A stretch of DNA of 24,438 nucleotides from Macrostomum lignano (GCA_002269645.1 NIVC01005158.1:1-24438), one strand, 5' to 3'; positions 1-11,500 are shown, counted from the first letter of the stretch. Made by a program: numbers and translations. Notes: generated by a model from the letters alone, not told the origin.

Positions 1-392
1 AAAACACAAAAGCAAAAATTAGAACTGGTGCAACTAGTAAAAATAGCAAAAGTATAACCTGCGAATATAACGTTTCGAAAAGTCAAAATCAGGTGCGAAG
101 GTTTTTAAGCCTAAAATACTGAAGACTAAGACGATAATCCTAATCCTAGGATTAACAGATAAGAACGGATTAACGCTTCTATTTAGCTAGCATTGTCAAA
201 ATTGATAGACAAGGTCTTAATGGACCCAATAAATAAATAAAAGTGTAGAGATCACGCAGTCTAGCAGTTCTGTTCACGATTAGACGCAATTAATTACACC
301 AGCTACTAGATCAGTGACTCAGGAGTATTTTACTTTCACTGATTCAGTTAAGAAGAATTACAGAAGCGACAATTCAGAATTTAAAAAACCTA

Positions 393-563
393 ATGGACGC
401 TAATGACGTAGTAGAAGCTCTAGCTGAAGGCATTAGAGACAGGCTAGACATTAGGAAGCATATAAAGATCCAGAAGTGCACGCCTTATCAAGATATAGAC
501 GTGTGGATTCAGGCTTTTAAGCAAAGGTGTATCGCAGATGAGATAGCGGCAGTAGAGCCCCAT
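393..563 (+). pseudogene. N-terminal gag-like fragment of Gypsy #1, interrupted by the P-like fragment
   Basis: ATG at 393 reads MDANDVVEALAEGIRDRLDIRKHIKIQKCTPYQDIDVWIQAFKQRCIADE (retrotransposon gag-like 'WI..F' signature). It lies upstream of PR/RT, and Q/N/S-rich gag-like sequence resumes at ~1290. Confidence 0.5.
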
Positions 564-573
564 TAGGTCCGAT

Positions 574-1068
574 ATGGATTGGAAGTTGGCATATCTGAAA
601 GATGTGGCGAGCTACGTGCGCGAGTGGAAGACCTGTAAAAGCAAAGGCTTGAGTGACGAAACCTCTATGGCTCTTAGCCACACACTGGATGCGCTGATTG
701 AAGCATACAGGCACCTGTTGAACAGTCTCATGTTTGAGTACGTTTTCTTAGGGGCGATGCAATCTGACCCACTTGAGGGCAGATTCAGATGGTATCGTCA
801 CCGGAAGGGACTGAACTACTACGTCTCATGTAAAGATGATGGTGAGAAGGCTGTTCGTTCTGTTTCGCTTCTAAAGTTTAGTTGTGTAGCACCTCAGGAC
901 ATCCAGTCTCTTGCAACGGACAGAATTATTGATAGTCCAGGAATCGAAGAGGAAGCTGAGAAAATAGTGAGCCTACTGAATCTGGACCCGCCGATTCAAA
1001 CATCACGTATTATGGACTCGGCGGCTTTCCGCCTTAGCGACTCCTGCGAGAAAGCTTGCGACAAATAA
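574..1068 (+). pseudogene. C-terminal fragment of a P-element/THAP9-type DNA transposase
   Basis: YVFLGAMQSDPLEGRFRWYRHRKGLNYYVS matches the P/THAP9 catalytic-Glu motif (QSDPLExRFGxYRQxxGxNY), followed by a KAVRSVSLLKFS-like segment. No THAP or N-terminal domain and no TIR pair found. Confidence 0.8.
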
Positions 1069-1524
1069 TGACGTGTAAGTTTTTATCGCTTGGTGAATAT
1101 CATTATAATCGTTCGATATTTCTACTAGATAACAGGTAAATTTCACTAAAATAATTAATAGGAATGAATTTTTTTTAAAAATTAGTATTACTTTCGTATT
1201 ATTCAATATGAAGCAAGTTTTTAAGTCGGCCCGATTGTGTACATTCCCCAAAAAAGCCTTCACTTCCAGTAGTAATCTAGAATTCTATAACTGAGCAGAA
1301 GGCTAAGCAGAAGCCGTACCAAGGCCAGCAACAAGGCCAAGGCAGCAGCGAAATAGCAGCAATAGTTTTTCTGTAAATAGTGAATTGAATTCTTCAGTGT
1401 ATAACAGTATGCATGCGCAACTATTTAATCAATCATTTAATCAGCCAATTACTTATTCTTAGCACTTTTCACACGCACCACAGCAGCAAACTTGTTCTAG
1501 TAAGCAGCAAATGAAACCACAAAA

Positions 1525-1839
1525 TTGAGTGAATCAACTAAAAAACAAAATTACGATCCGTATATAACTGGCAGCATTCTAAATAAGGAGGTAGTTTACT
1601 TATTAGACACTGGAAGCAATAGGAACATTCTAGGACGCGAAAACTGGAAGCATCTTTTCACTGACAAGAATATTCACTTAATTAGGTGGTGGAACAATAT
1701 AATCGTATCATTCACGGAAGAGCTAATTCTAATTAAGGGTTCCGTAGTTATTAAGGCGATATTTGGTGATTTCGAAGAAATCGAGTTTCTCTCATGTGAC
1801 GCAGACCTAAACAATGCAATAGGTGTGACGTTTGTCTAA
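1525..1839 (+). pseudogene. Retropepsin aspartic protease domain of Gypsy #1
   Basis: PYITGSILNKEVVYLLDTGSNRNIL ... NNAIGVTF. The stop at 1837-1839 is premature, and the same frame continues (DFEARMLTMKQGTRIPL) to ~1992. Confidence 0.85.
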
Positions 1840-1986
1840 AAATATTGTACTATTATCGACTTTGAAGCAAGAATGCTAACTATGAAGCAAGGAACTAGAA
1901 TTCCACTTCGATCAACCAGAGCTAAGCCTCGAGTTAAAGGAATCTATGTGGCAGAAAAGACGACAGTTTCAGCTAATAGTTTAGTC

Positions 1987-2058
1987 AAGGTTAACTATTA
2001 CTTACTTAAGGTTTACTTACTCAAGGTTTACAGTTAACTTAAGGTTTAGTTAAGGTTA
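1987..2058. repeat. 65-bp micro-duplication insertion (five AAGGTT copies in the span) in Gypsy pol
   Basis: AAGGTT at 1987, 2008, 2023, 2041 and 2052, interspersed with TTAC/TTAAC pieces. Deleting 1994-2058 joins frame 1525 to frame 2199 (LVKV-RLATESKTNFG). Confidence 0.7.
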
Positions 2059-2489
2059 GATTAGCCACGGAGAGTAAAACTAATTTCGGAGTGCCGTCAG
2101 TTGTTGAGCCATTCAGATCAGGATTAAAAACTAGAGCAGAGTAAGTAACTGTAGAGCCAAGTTTAGTAACTCTTAGGCAAGGAGAAGCTTATGTAGAAGT
2201 GATTAACACCAGTTCACAGGAAGCTAGAGTTCCAGCATCAGCGTTAGTAGGGATGGCTAAGCCACTCTTGACCAGGGAATTAAACTATCGTAAGGAGCAA
2301 CCCGAAACAGCGCAGTCGTGCCACAATAGGGACACGCAGTTTTGCGAAAACATCAGACAGGTGCAAGAAAAATTAGAAGACTGGATTAGTGACATTAACA
2401 TAGGAAATAAACTGACTCAGGAGCAAAGACAGAAGGTGATCGAGGTCGTCAACGAACATTCAGCAGCTTTCTCACAGCACGAGTTAGAA

Positions 2490-3235
2490 CGCATTTAGTC
2501 ACTCATGAGATAATCTTGAAGGAAAACAACCCAGTTCAGATACCAGCTAGGAAAATTCCACCTCATCGGATCAAGGAGGTAGATGAGCAGTTAGAGGCTC
2601 ATGTTGGCTAGAGGCATCATTAGGCCTAGTTACTCGCAGTACTCGACTCCATTAGTCATAGTACCTAAGAAAGATGGTTCGCTGAGACTAGTTAACGACT
2701 ATCGAGCACTAAATAACAAATCGGAGTACTTTCCGCATCCTATAACTAATATAAATGAAACATTCTCGTGCCTCCACAAAGCCACTTAATTATCTACGTT
2801 AGATCTACTTTCGGGATATTATCAGATAGCTCTTTGGGAAGAAGATAAGTGCAAGACTAGCTTTCCAACTTTACATCGAGGTTCGTTTGAGTACGAAGTG
2901 TTACCAATGGGTTTGCAAGGAGCTCCAGGAACTTTTCAAAGGTGCATAAACTTAGTTCTCAAGGACGTTGCACAAAAGTTCGCCATAGCTTACTTAGATG
3001 ATGTAATAGTTCATAGTAGACTTTGAATCTCACTTAGAACACCTGAAGGAAGTGCTCGAAAGACTTATCCAAACTAATATGAAAATAAAAGCTAAGAAAT
3101 GTCACCTTTTCAAATCTGAATTACAATATATAGGACACGTCATAGGCAAATCAGGAATTAAGAGAGATGCGACAAAATTAGAAGCAATCAGGAACTGACC
3201 GAAACCTAAATCTGCGACAGAGCTTCGAAGTTTAC
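2490..3235 (+). pseudogene. Gypsy-type reverse transcriptase, frameshifted and 3'-truncated
   Basis: ORF 2601-2789 and the same frame beyond the stop give STLDLLSGYYQIALWEEDKCKTSFPT...FEYEVLPMGLQGAPGTFQRCIN...IAYLDDVIVHS. It continues, frameshifted, into KAKKCHLFKSELQYIGHVI and breaks off at ~3235. Confidence 0.9.
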
Positions 3236-4070
3236 TGCTCCCCTACTGCTCCTATTCCTCTTTGCTCGCGTACACTGCGTTAGCTTATAAAATATACTGA
3301 TTGAAGAGGAACGATCCTCGCAAGAAGTTAAAGAATGTGACTCTAGGGATCACACAGAGAAAGTAATATCGAGTCCATTGTTTGCTGTCTTCCTGAACTG
3401 TTGGCAGAAGGAAAAGTTTATGGGGAACCCATAATATGTAAAATATTTCATCTGGAACAAATCGGACTAAGTGGATACAATACCTTCTTAGAAGAATTCG
3501 CAAAAACGGTTAGATTTTTTAGTAAAATTTTACAAAAATGTTGTCCTATTGTCTCTTGGAAAATCGGCGAAAACAATTATTGACTTTTTCTTTAAAAATC
3601 TTGACACATATCGACCGTTTCTACATCAGAAAAAAAGAGAAAAATTCGAGATGTTCTTCAGTCTTTTTAAATAGGGTAACAACTAAGAAAATTCGTTATA
3701 AAATAAGCAATTTTTTTTTTATTTGGTTTAACATCGGCGAAAGTTCTCGCTTAATCAGATGGAGAAAATTCGGTAAAAATTTTGTAAATTCTTTAAAATT
3801 GTCTGATTTGCACGGACTTTCTGCCCTAAACTCGTACTTACTGACCGACGGGATTTTTAAGGAATGTCTCAAAAGTAGTCTCACATTTGCATGCACTTTC
3901 ATAAAAATGAAACAAAGGAAACAATCACTGAATGACGGCTTTATCTGGCAACAAAATATTATTGAAGCTGGAGGCCTCCATTCCTGACGTCCTTGATCGT
4001 GACTCCCCTAGTGAAAGGATTGGATTGGTGTCAAGCAGCAAGCTCATCTAAGCATTCAGCAGTAAAATGA

Positions 4071-4283
4071 GCAGCAGCAACTGCAACGCCACAGCGCAGG
4101 ATCGGACAATTAGACCACGCTACCTGCGCTCGATGCGGCCTGGAGGTGGAACAGTACCACCTGGTCAGCTGCCCGGCCCTTGATGGGGCTCGACGTCAGA
4201 TTGGAATTACTGGACTGAAAGAACTCGCCAATGGTCAACTGGTGGCGCGGCTCTTGGGGGAGATTGGCTGGATACCCCTCTAG
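4071..4283 (+). pseudogene. 3' end of a non-LTR retrotransposon (LINE) ORF2 with C-terminal CCHC zinc knuckle
   Basis: Hand translation gives QRRIGQLDHATCARCGLEVEQYHLVSCPALDGARRQIGITGLKELANGQLVARLLGEIGWIPL* (stop 4281-4283), fitting the RIG...CxxC...H...CP pattern of I/R1/LOA-group ORF2 ends. It is not in the supplied ORF track. Confidence 0.7.
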
Positions 4284-4439
4284 CTTGCCGCACTCTGCAA
4301 CCAACAACTGCAATGCCAGCATGATCAGGAAAAGCAGAAGCAGAAAAAACGGATCACAGGCAGTATCACCAGACCATCAAAGTGACATTCTGGGGCAAAA
4401 AGAATGATTTAGAACCCTATATTGTTTGATCAAGGAACC

Positions 4440-6770
4440 GGATTTCAGCAGCTGTATTTGTTTAACTCCATATATGGTAATGTTCAAACATGCAAGACTG
4501 CTTAATCAAACATTTATGACCTAAGTAAATACCCAATCCAAACCGGTTTTTCTCCAAAATTTTGTTATAAATATAAGTGAAAATTCGAGTCAAAAATTCA
4601 GACTCAGAGCGGTCTCTAAGAAGACTCTGAAGGAACAAAGAAGGCCAATCTCTGAGGGACCACACTTGTCCAATTGGTAAGCGTTTACTGGATTCAGTTC
4701 TTTGATTGTTAGCGTTATTAAGTTGATTTATTAATTAACTATTAGTTAGTGATTAATTGAGTTATACAAGAGCAGTTCATTGTTAATACATTTGAGAAAG
4801 GCCTCCTTGTTTCCTAGGATACATTTCTAGAGGATTTATTGATTTAATTGAGTTATCCGTTACGTTTTGGGCGTAACGAAGAAGCCGCCTCTCAGGAGGA
4901 CCTATCACAGAAACTTAGAGAATTCAATTGTTCATTAGGGCGCATGTTCTATTGTTAATTCCGAGCTCGAGGACCATCAAGAAGTTCTGATTCGCTCTTG
5001 TTTTTGTCGACCCACAGATAAAAGTCAAGGACTCACGGAAGCAACGAGTCACCTAAGCCAAACCAATATGTCTACACGCCACTAAAGGATCCACTGCAGT
5101 AAGAGTTATTTGATTTTGCATATACCTAGGCACTTGTTCTTTAGTGTCTAGAAGTGGGAGTTTTTGAGTGACTGATCACCACTCTTAAACTCTTTAACTG
5201 GTGATCTCGTTTAGGCTCAGGCGCTGCCAGGCTAGATCGGTGAAAGCACTTTGACACTAAGTTCTTTGCGCAAATTTTTATTGAACTTTTACCGAACGGC
5301 CATTGTTTGCATATAGACCCTTTGATTTTTGCGCACCGTTTTATACTTTTGTTAAATTCACGAATATCCTATCTCAATTTTTTTCTTTGGTAAAGGCAAC
5401 ACATAATTTTTTTGCTTCATGTCTATTTTTCTTTTCTCTTAAGTAAATAAGAGCTTGCACACCTACACATACACACGCAACACCACATTGAAAGTTCAAT
5501 CTGGAAAATCCTTTGGAAATTGATCCGGATCTTGTCCTTTTGCCATTTCCATTTGAAAATATGGCTCGAAGAAACCCTACAGTGTATCACGATGTCAAGG
5601 AAACTGTTGGTATGTATAACATGGATAAGGATTTCAACACCTTCATTGAACACTTCGACCTTGTAACTCGCGAATATGGACCACTAAATCCAGAAAAAGC
5701 ACTTCTTCTTCCTCCACTGCTAGAAGGTACTGCTGGAGAAATTTATGGCAAATTAAATGCCGCAGCATTGCAAGACTATCATACTTTCGTTACACAACTG
5801 AGATGTGGAAACAATCGATATGTGCTTCTACACAAACTTCATAACCAAAAAATGAGTCCGATGGAATCCTTCCTTACTTTCGTTGATGATGTTTGCAAAA
5901 TTATTAAAGCGTTGCACCAGCCATCACCGCCGAACCCAGGAGTTTAGCCTATCAGACCAGCAGAAATAGCTGTACAAGAAAGACAACGCATTGCTGACCA
6001 AGAACAAGGTCTAATCCTCTATGTCATTAATAATACTCAACCTTCGCTGCGAGACAGGTTGTTAAGAGAAACCATTGAGACAGAGGAACCACTAATTCAT
6101 TGCGGCATGCAATGGGAAGCAAGTGCCCCACTATTGATTACTTGTAGTAGTGATACAACACAATTGGCAGAACAATTGAGCAAACTTATGCAGCAACATC
6201 AAATTTCTGCAATCATGCCACAGCGACAGAGATACACTCTGCCACCCTATTGCTACACCTGTGGAAGAATTGGTCATTATGCCAAAGACTGCTAATCACG
6301 TGGCAATCCAAGACAATATAACAACAATGGAAGAAAAAATTGGACTCGTCCTCAAAATTGCAATTGGAACCCACAACAGAATAGACAAGGAAATGCCTTG
6401 GTACCTTATCGACAACAGAGAAATCCTCCTCCAAGACAGCCTACTCAGGTCCGCAGACAATATGCTCAAACTATTGAACTGGAATACACTCAAGTCATCG
6501 AACTAGAGTTTAAGATAGAGGATCTTATGCCAGACTTCACAATCAATGTCCTTGAAGAGTTTGAAAAACAAAAGGATAACAAGCACCAAAAGTAGCTGCA
6601 TGATGGGTTCCTTATTTGAAGAAGATTCACAAATCTCTATCTCTTCCGAAGCAAACCCACTATTTAGAGAAAATAAAAGACAACTGCAAGCTACTTCTAA
6701 GCACCAAAGCAAATTATTTAGATTTCCAACGATGGATTATCTTTTGGAAACTCGCAGAGTTAGTATTTAG
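4440..6770 (+). mobile_element. Degenerate LTR retrotransposon remnant #2 (putative LTR/5' UTR plus gag; pol not detected)
   Basis: Gag pseudogene at 5513-6595. PBS-like AAC-TGGTG at 5196-5203, the same junction pattern as at 22-29. Both boundaries are approximate. Confidence 0.55.
5513..6595 (+). pseudogene. Retrotransposon Gag with CCHC zinc knuckle, broken by in-frame stops
   Basis: ORFs 5513-5947, 6059-6295 and 6398-6595 share one frame. FNTFIEHFDLV..., LLLPPLLEGTAGEIY, KLHNQKMSPMESFLTFVDDV (retrotrans_gag-like), CYTCGRIGHYAKDC (6251-6292), then an N/Q/R-rich tail. Confidence 0.85.
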
Positions 6771-8428
6771 ATTTTTGGCACTTTTTTAACCAAGATTTGA
6801 TTGAGAAAAAAGTCAAAATCTTATATATTTATCATAAAATTAAGATCTTGTCTAACCTCTAGTCCTAGCAATAAATATAGTCCTGTACTTTTCTCCATTG
6901 GACTTAGCATATACTAATTCACAATTTGAACTATGAATCATCTAGACTTGAATATGCAACTATCTTATGTTACTTTTATTATATTTTAACATCAGTTTAA
7001 CATTGATAAAAACCAATTCCATTGCCAATTGGCCAAAGCCATAGTCCAGAAGGTGGCCTTTACGCTGGAATTTTCTGGCATATTGCTCTTACTGACAATC
7101 TTGGCGTACACTTGGCATATAGAACTATCAAGTTCAACATAAAGTATACACAGTTGGCATACAAAAAAGCCAAGTTCAAGGCTGATGTAATTGTGTAGTT
7201 AAAATATCAACTAACATTAAAAGCTTTTCAAAAATAACTGGAAACTAAAATAGAAAATATTAACACAATCATGAGAAATTAAAATTAAAACAAAGAATAT
7301 CTGTTTTTAGCAAACAAAATAGCTGTTTAAAAGTTAAGTAAAAGTTTTGAATTTCTCAAAATAATATACAATTCATACGTCATGAAGTTTTTTTGTTAAC
7401 TGTAGTTTTCAAGTCATTTCCATATTTAAAACCCATTTACTATGATGGCACTGTTGCCAACGAAAAAATCAAAAACAAAATTCATGCATAAGAAAACTTT
7501 TATATTTGTTTTGTTTTTCTAACTGATATGCATTGTGTGTAGTCAGTAAGTAACAATATAATTGTTGTTTTACTTTGCACTTTCTAGAAAACTAGAATAT
7601 ATTTATATTATTTGTATTTATGTATGTGTTTATTCTTATTGTACTTTATTGTACACCAGTAGTACCATTTTTCAATCTGTCATACTATCATATAACAAGC
7701 CAAAATTTTAATTTATGTTCTATTATACATAGACATCCTTTAACACTATGGCGCCTGCTATGATCCGGACTATAGGGCCAAAGCTTTTATTAATTATCAA
7801 CTTATTATAATCTAGTCAATCAAAATCATGTTATATATTATATGTAGTTTATACTAGAAGTTATCAAAAAATATTTTTATTATGCATTACCATCAGGTAT
7901 ATTAAGCAAAATGCACTAGTAGTATACCAGGTTGTACCTGCATTAATTCTAAAATCTCCTAGCACTTAGCTTACTCCAGTATAGACATAAACCTTTATAT
8001 AATTTTTTTTAATTATAAACTTTTTTATAGAGCTATTATCCTTTGCATATTGATAATATAGGCCTATTGGGAAAATAATTGTTAAACCACAGTCTACATA
8101 TATACTTATATTAAGGTGTCCAACGAGCCTATTTTTAGTGTGCAAAAAAACATGAAAAATTGGTTTTCTTTAATGGCTGTAACTTTTTTAATATATAAGA
8201 TATGGCTATTTTCTTAAATTCATTGAAAATTAGACAAATAGATCTTTCAAACGACATAAAGTTTATATGCTTAGGACATACTATTACAAAGATACAGAAT
8301 GTCTAACATTGTGTACATTTTTGTACATTTTCAAAACTATGCCAAATTTGCTTGAAAATATAGGGTTGGGAGGATTTGTTTTTTAGTAAAAGAGTACACA
8401 ACTGCTAAGAGTGCTTACATATTGTGTA

Positions 8429-9387
8429 CAAGTGTCATCCCAAAATTTTTAGCAAACACCTATTAATTTTCAACAAACAAGTGTCAGAACGATCAACATG
8501 TCAAAAACCTTCAAACCTTCTGTTGACTTGAATTGTGCACTCCCAGTAGCCAGGCAACTTCTGAACGCCGTCAGCAGCGCCGGATTTGCACAGGTCTTTT
8601 GCAATGCGGCCAACCTTGCTGAATAGGTCATCCAGGCAATGAAAACGACGCCCTTGGAGCTGGTTCTTAAGCTTTGTAAAAAGGTCGAAATCGCAGGGAC
8701 TGAGGTCTAGGGAGTAAGGAGGATGAGGCAGCATCTTCCACTGGTAGTCCCGCAATAGGTCCTGCACAATGCGGGCTGTGTGCGAACTGGCATTGTTGTG
8801 CAGAAGGAGTGGACCAAGTTCTAGGGTCTGTGGCCACTTTTTGCGCAAGGCAGGCCGAAGATGATGAATAATGAAGCTTGACAAGGGGATTCCAAACAAC
8901 TCAGCCATTTCTTCGCATGTCTAACGGCAATCAATGTTTAGCAGCCCTTGGATCAACTCGATGTTCAACTCTGTGCGAGCTTCTTTTGGCCTTCCTCGTC
9001 CTCAACATCATCCTTGACATCAGAGCGGCCATTCTTGAATTGACTGTACTAGTCGTACACAGCTCACTGGCTCATCGCATTTGGCTTATCGGCCTGCAGC
9101 AACTGACGGTGAATTTGAGCTGCAGGGACACCAGGAAGACATTCCATTTTAATGTATGAGCGCTGCTCCAAGTTTGACAGAAATTCCATTTTATTGTTGT
9201 TGGCCGATGTTTGATTTAGTATCTCACAAAATGTTCTTTAGAAAACAGAATTTTGAAGCTAGAATGCTAAAAACTTACTCAGACACCTGAAATATGCTCA
9301 TCTTTTGTGTGGTATAAGTGCTGTAGTTCTAAAAGTTGTCTATGGCACAAAATCATTTGATTGCTGAAACTTTTGGGATGACCCTTG
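8429..9387 (-). mobile_element. Internally deleted mariner (Tc1/mariner) transposon, 959 bp, TA target duplication
   Basis: 27-bp imperfect TIRs: CAAGTGTCATCCCAAAATTTTTAGCAA (8429-8455) versus the reverse complement of 9361-9387, CAAGGGTCATCCCAAAAGTTTCAGCAA. Flanked by TA at 8427-8428 and 9388-9389, with a transposase remnant inside. Confidence 0.92.
8501..9189 (-). pseudogene. Mariner transposase pseudogene (HTH N-terminus joined to the C-terminal half of the catalytic domain)
   Basis: ATG at 9189 reads MEFLSNLEQRSYIKMEC..., with stops and frameshift, then MAELFGIPLSS|FIIHHLRPALRKK...LLLHNNASSH...LPHPPYSLDLSPCDFDLF (HDNA-like and YSPDL-like motifs). The WVP and first-Asp (DETW) regions are absent. 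Confidence 0.9.
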
Positions 9388-9771
9388 TAGGTAACTTCCT
9401 GCAGGTCATTTTAAGCAAACTTTTTTTGTTAAAAAATATGTACATGTACATGTATATGTAAAATTTAAAATGGCCATAACTTTTGAATGGAAAAAGTGGC
9501 TATCCTAATTCTTTTTGCTACTTACTTCCAGTGACAAAATGAAACTTTTAGGCAAGACAGGATGAGTGTAGCTCTTGCCACAGTATGCTTAACAGAAATC
9601 ATCAAAATGCATGCAAATCCCCATAAAGGGCATAAAACTTAGGAAATTTTCAAAGCTCAAAAGAATGGCCAGTTAGTTTCTTTGATAAAATGATAGCAAA
9701 ACAGGCCAAGCTCTTTGTCCTAAAGGCACATCCTGATAACTTTTGCCACATCAAAGTTATTAAGCATATTG

Positions 9772-9779
9772 GCACAGGT
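9772..9779. repeat. Left target-site duplication GCACAGGT
   Basis: Identical to 16349-16356, immediately outside the TIR. Confidence 0.9.
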
Positions 9780-9925
9780 CCATAGTGCAGAAGGACGGGT
9801 GTACGACGGAAATTTCCGTCGTACATTGAGGTTGGTTGTCGTACATGTCGTACATCGTTCATTTTTGCAAGGGCTCTTTGTCGTACATGTCGTACCGTCG
9901 TTGGCCACACTGTCACTGTCGTACA
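9780..9925. repeat. Left TIR and subterminal repeat array (7 GTCGTAC copies, 26-bp palindrome)
   Basis: TIR core 9780-9795. Perfect palindrome TGTACGACGGAAATTTCCGTCGTACA at 9800-9825. GTCGTAC at 9801 (reverse), 9818, 9838, 9847, 9880, 9889 and 9918. Confidence 0.88.
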
Positions 9926-10149
9926 TCTCTGACTAGAAAGCTATATGCATAGGCATTTAAAAATACAATTTCGTTTTCATAATTAAATTAAATTTATTCA
10001 AAGTTCTTTTTACGAGGCACAAATAAAATATAATCTTGGCATACTTAATAATAATTTTTTATTATGTGGCACCAAATTTCACATTTTTATATTCAAGGCC
10101 ACACAAATGTGCATCCGTTGTTTTAATCTTAACCTTGTTTATTTCTTTT

Positions 10150-11500
10150 TTGAAATGCGTATCGTTGTATCGTGTTACTGGGAATTGAATTGTGAATGTG
10201 AATTAATTCATAATCATCTGATCTTGTAATTCTCGTCCTCCGGTCAGTCTCGTCTCTCGTGATCGTGATGTGATCTAAGATAAGATCTGATCTGACTAAT
10301 GTCTTTTGTCTTATCCCTTATAACTTTTACTTTTCTATAATCTATGGCTATGCACTCTGCACTGCACTAGCACTATATACTATACTACAAGCTACAACTA
10401 AAAGTAACTTTTAAGTTTTCTTAATTTGTTGCAAAACTTAAACTAGCAATTTGTAATTTTTCAACTTTGACAAGTAAATTTATTAGTAGTTAGTACGAGT
10501 AACAAGTTGAGTAATTAATTAAGTTGAGACTGTTGAGTTGAGTTGCATGTTGCATTGTTGCAGTTGACTCATTGACTTTGACTGTTGACAAATGACAAGG
10601 TCAACTGTCAAGTGACACTTGTGACAGTTTGTTGTTTGAGACTTTGAGTTAGTGAAAGTGACTAGTGACTGACTGACTGGTCTGTCTGACTGACTGACTC
10701 GTGTCTCGTGTCTGTGTCTGTCTGGACATCTGGTGATTCTTTCAAGTTTATTTTTTAAACATTTTATCACTTTTACCTTCATAAATTAGTTCTAGAACTT
10801 CTAGTGTTCTGTTCTAATTCTAGTTCTTAACTTAACTTCTTGTTCTTAATCTTAGTTGCAAGTTTTTATTTTAAAAGTTCAAGTTGTCAGTTGTGTAATT
10901 TCACAATTTCAGTAATTGAGTTGACATTAGACAAGTTTATAAAATTATCTTATCACTTTCTTTTAATAATTAGTAATTAATTAATTAAATGCATTTTTTA
11001 TTTGTCAAATTTGACTTTACTTGACAAGTTGAAGTTGACAGTTGAGTACTTGAGTATTGAGTAAAGACATAGTAATTAAGTTGACAGCTATGGCTTATTG
11101 CTTGGCTTGAAACCAACAAATATTTCTTACGAAATAACAAGTAGAAGTAGCTAATAGCCATCTAGCCAAGAGACACCAAGTTTTGCTTCGTTTCATGAAA
11201 GAAAAGAAGTGAATATATATAAATTAGGGCCTACTGCAAGTCTGCAACTAATTTGAGACAAAACTTCAGGTGCTTGGCAGCAACTTTAGCAAATACAACT
11301 TCCAAGTTGACTTGACATTGACAAGTGTATAAATTTATCTTATTACCTTTACTTTTAGTCTTTTAGTAATTCTAAATTCATAGCAAATTTTGCTATTGTA
11401 TTGTATTGTAAGTTGACTAGATTGAGTAATTGAGTTGTATAAAATTATGCAATTGATTATATTTGGTAGAGTTGAGTAGAACATTTGGTAGAGCTAGATT
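10150..11500. repeat. Low-complexity tract of dense short (3-8 bp) tandem micro-duplications with diverged ~40-bp internal repeats
   Basis: Examples: GCACTCTGCACTGCACTAGCACT (~10352), GTTGAGTTGAGTTGCATGTTGCATTGTTGCAG (~10532), TGACTGACTGACTGGTCTGTCTGACTGACTGAC (~10667). 10921-10959 resembles 11312-11350. Confidence 0.7.

Larger units (their letters stand above)
25..3235 (+). mobile_element. Degenerate Ty3/Gypsy LTR retrotransposon remnant #1 (5' UTR, broken gag, protease, spacer, reverse transcriptase; truncated before RNase H/integrase)
   Basis: Gag-PR-RT order. Aspartic protease LLDTGS, RT motifs PSYSQYSTPLVIVPKKDGSLRLVNDYRALN, LDLLSGYYQI, PMGLQGAPGTFQR and YLDD (2991-3002). Many stops and frameshifts. 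A possible PBS-like TGGTG at 25-29 sets the left boundary only weakly. Confidence 0.85.

Noticed and set aside
3240-3990. ORFs 3401-3583, 3538-3987 and 3696-3902
   Set aside because: AT-rich K/F/I-biased translations typical of non-coding repeat DNA, with no domain.
7005-7200. Short open stretch (KPIPLPIGQSHSPEGGLYAGIFWH...) as a host exon or Gypsy #2 protease
   Set aside because: No recognisable motif, no start codon and no partner exons.
9800-9925. GTCGTAC repeats and palindrome as a CRISPR-like array
   Set aside because: The repeats are 7-9 bp with irregular short spacing, sit at transposon ends, and no cas genes are present.
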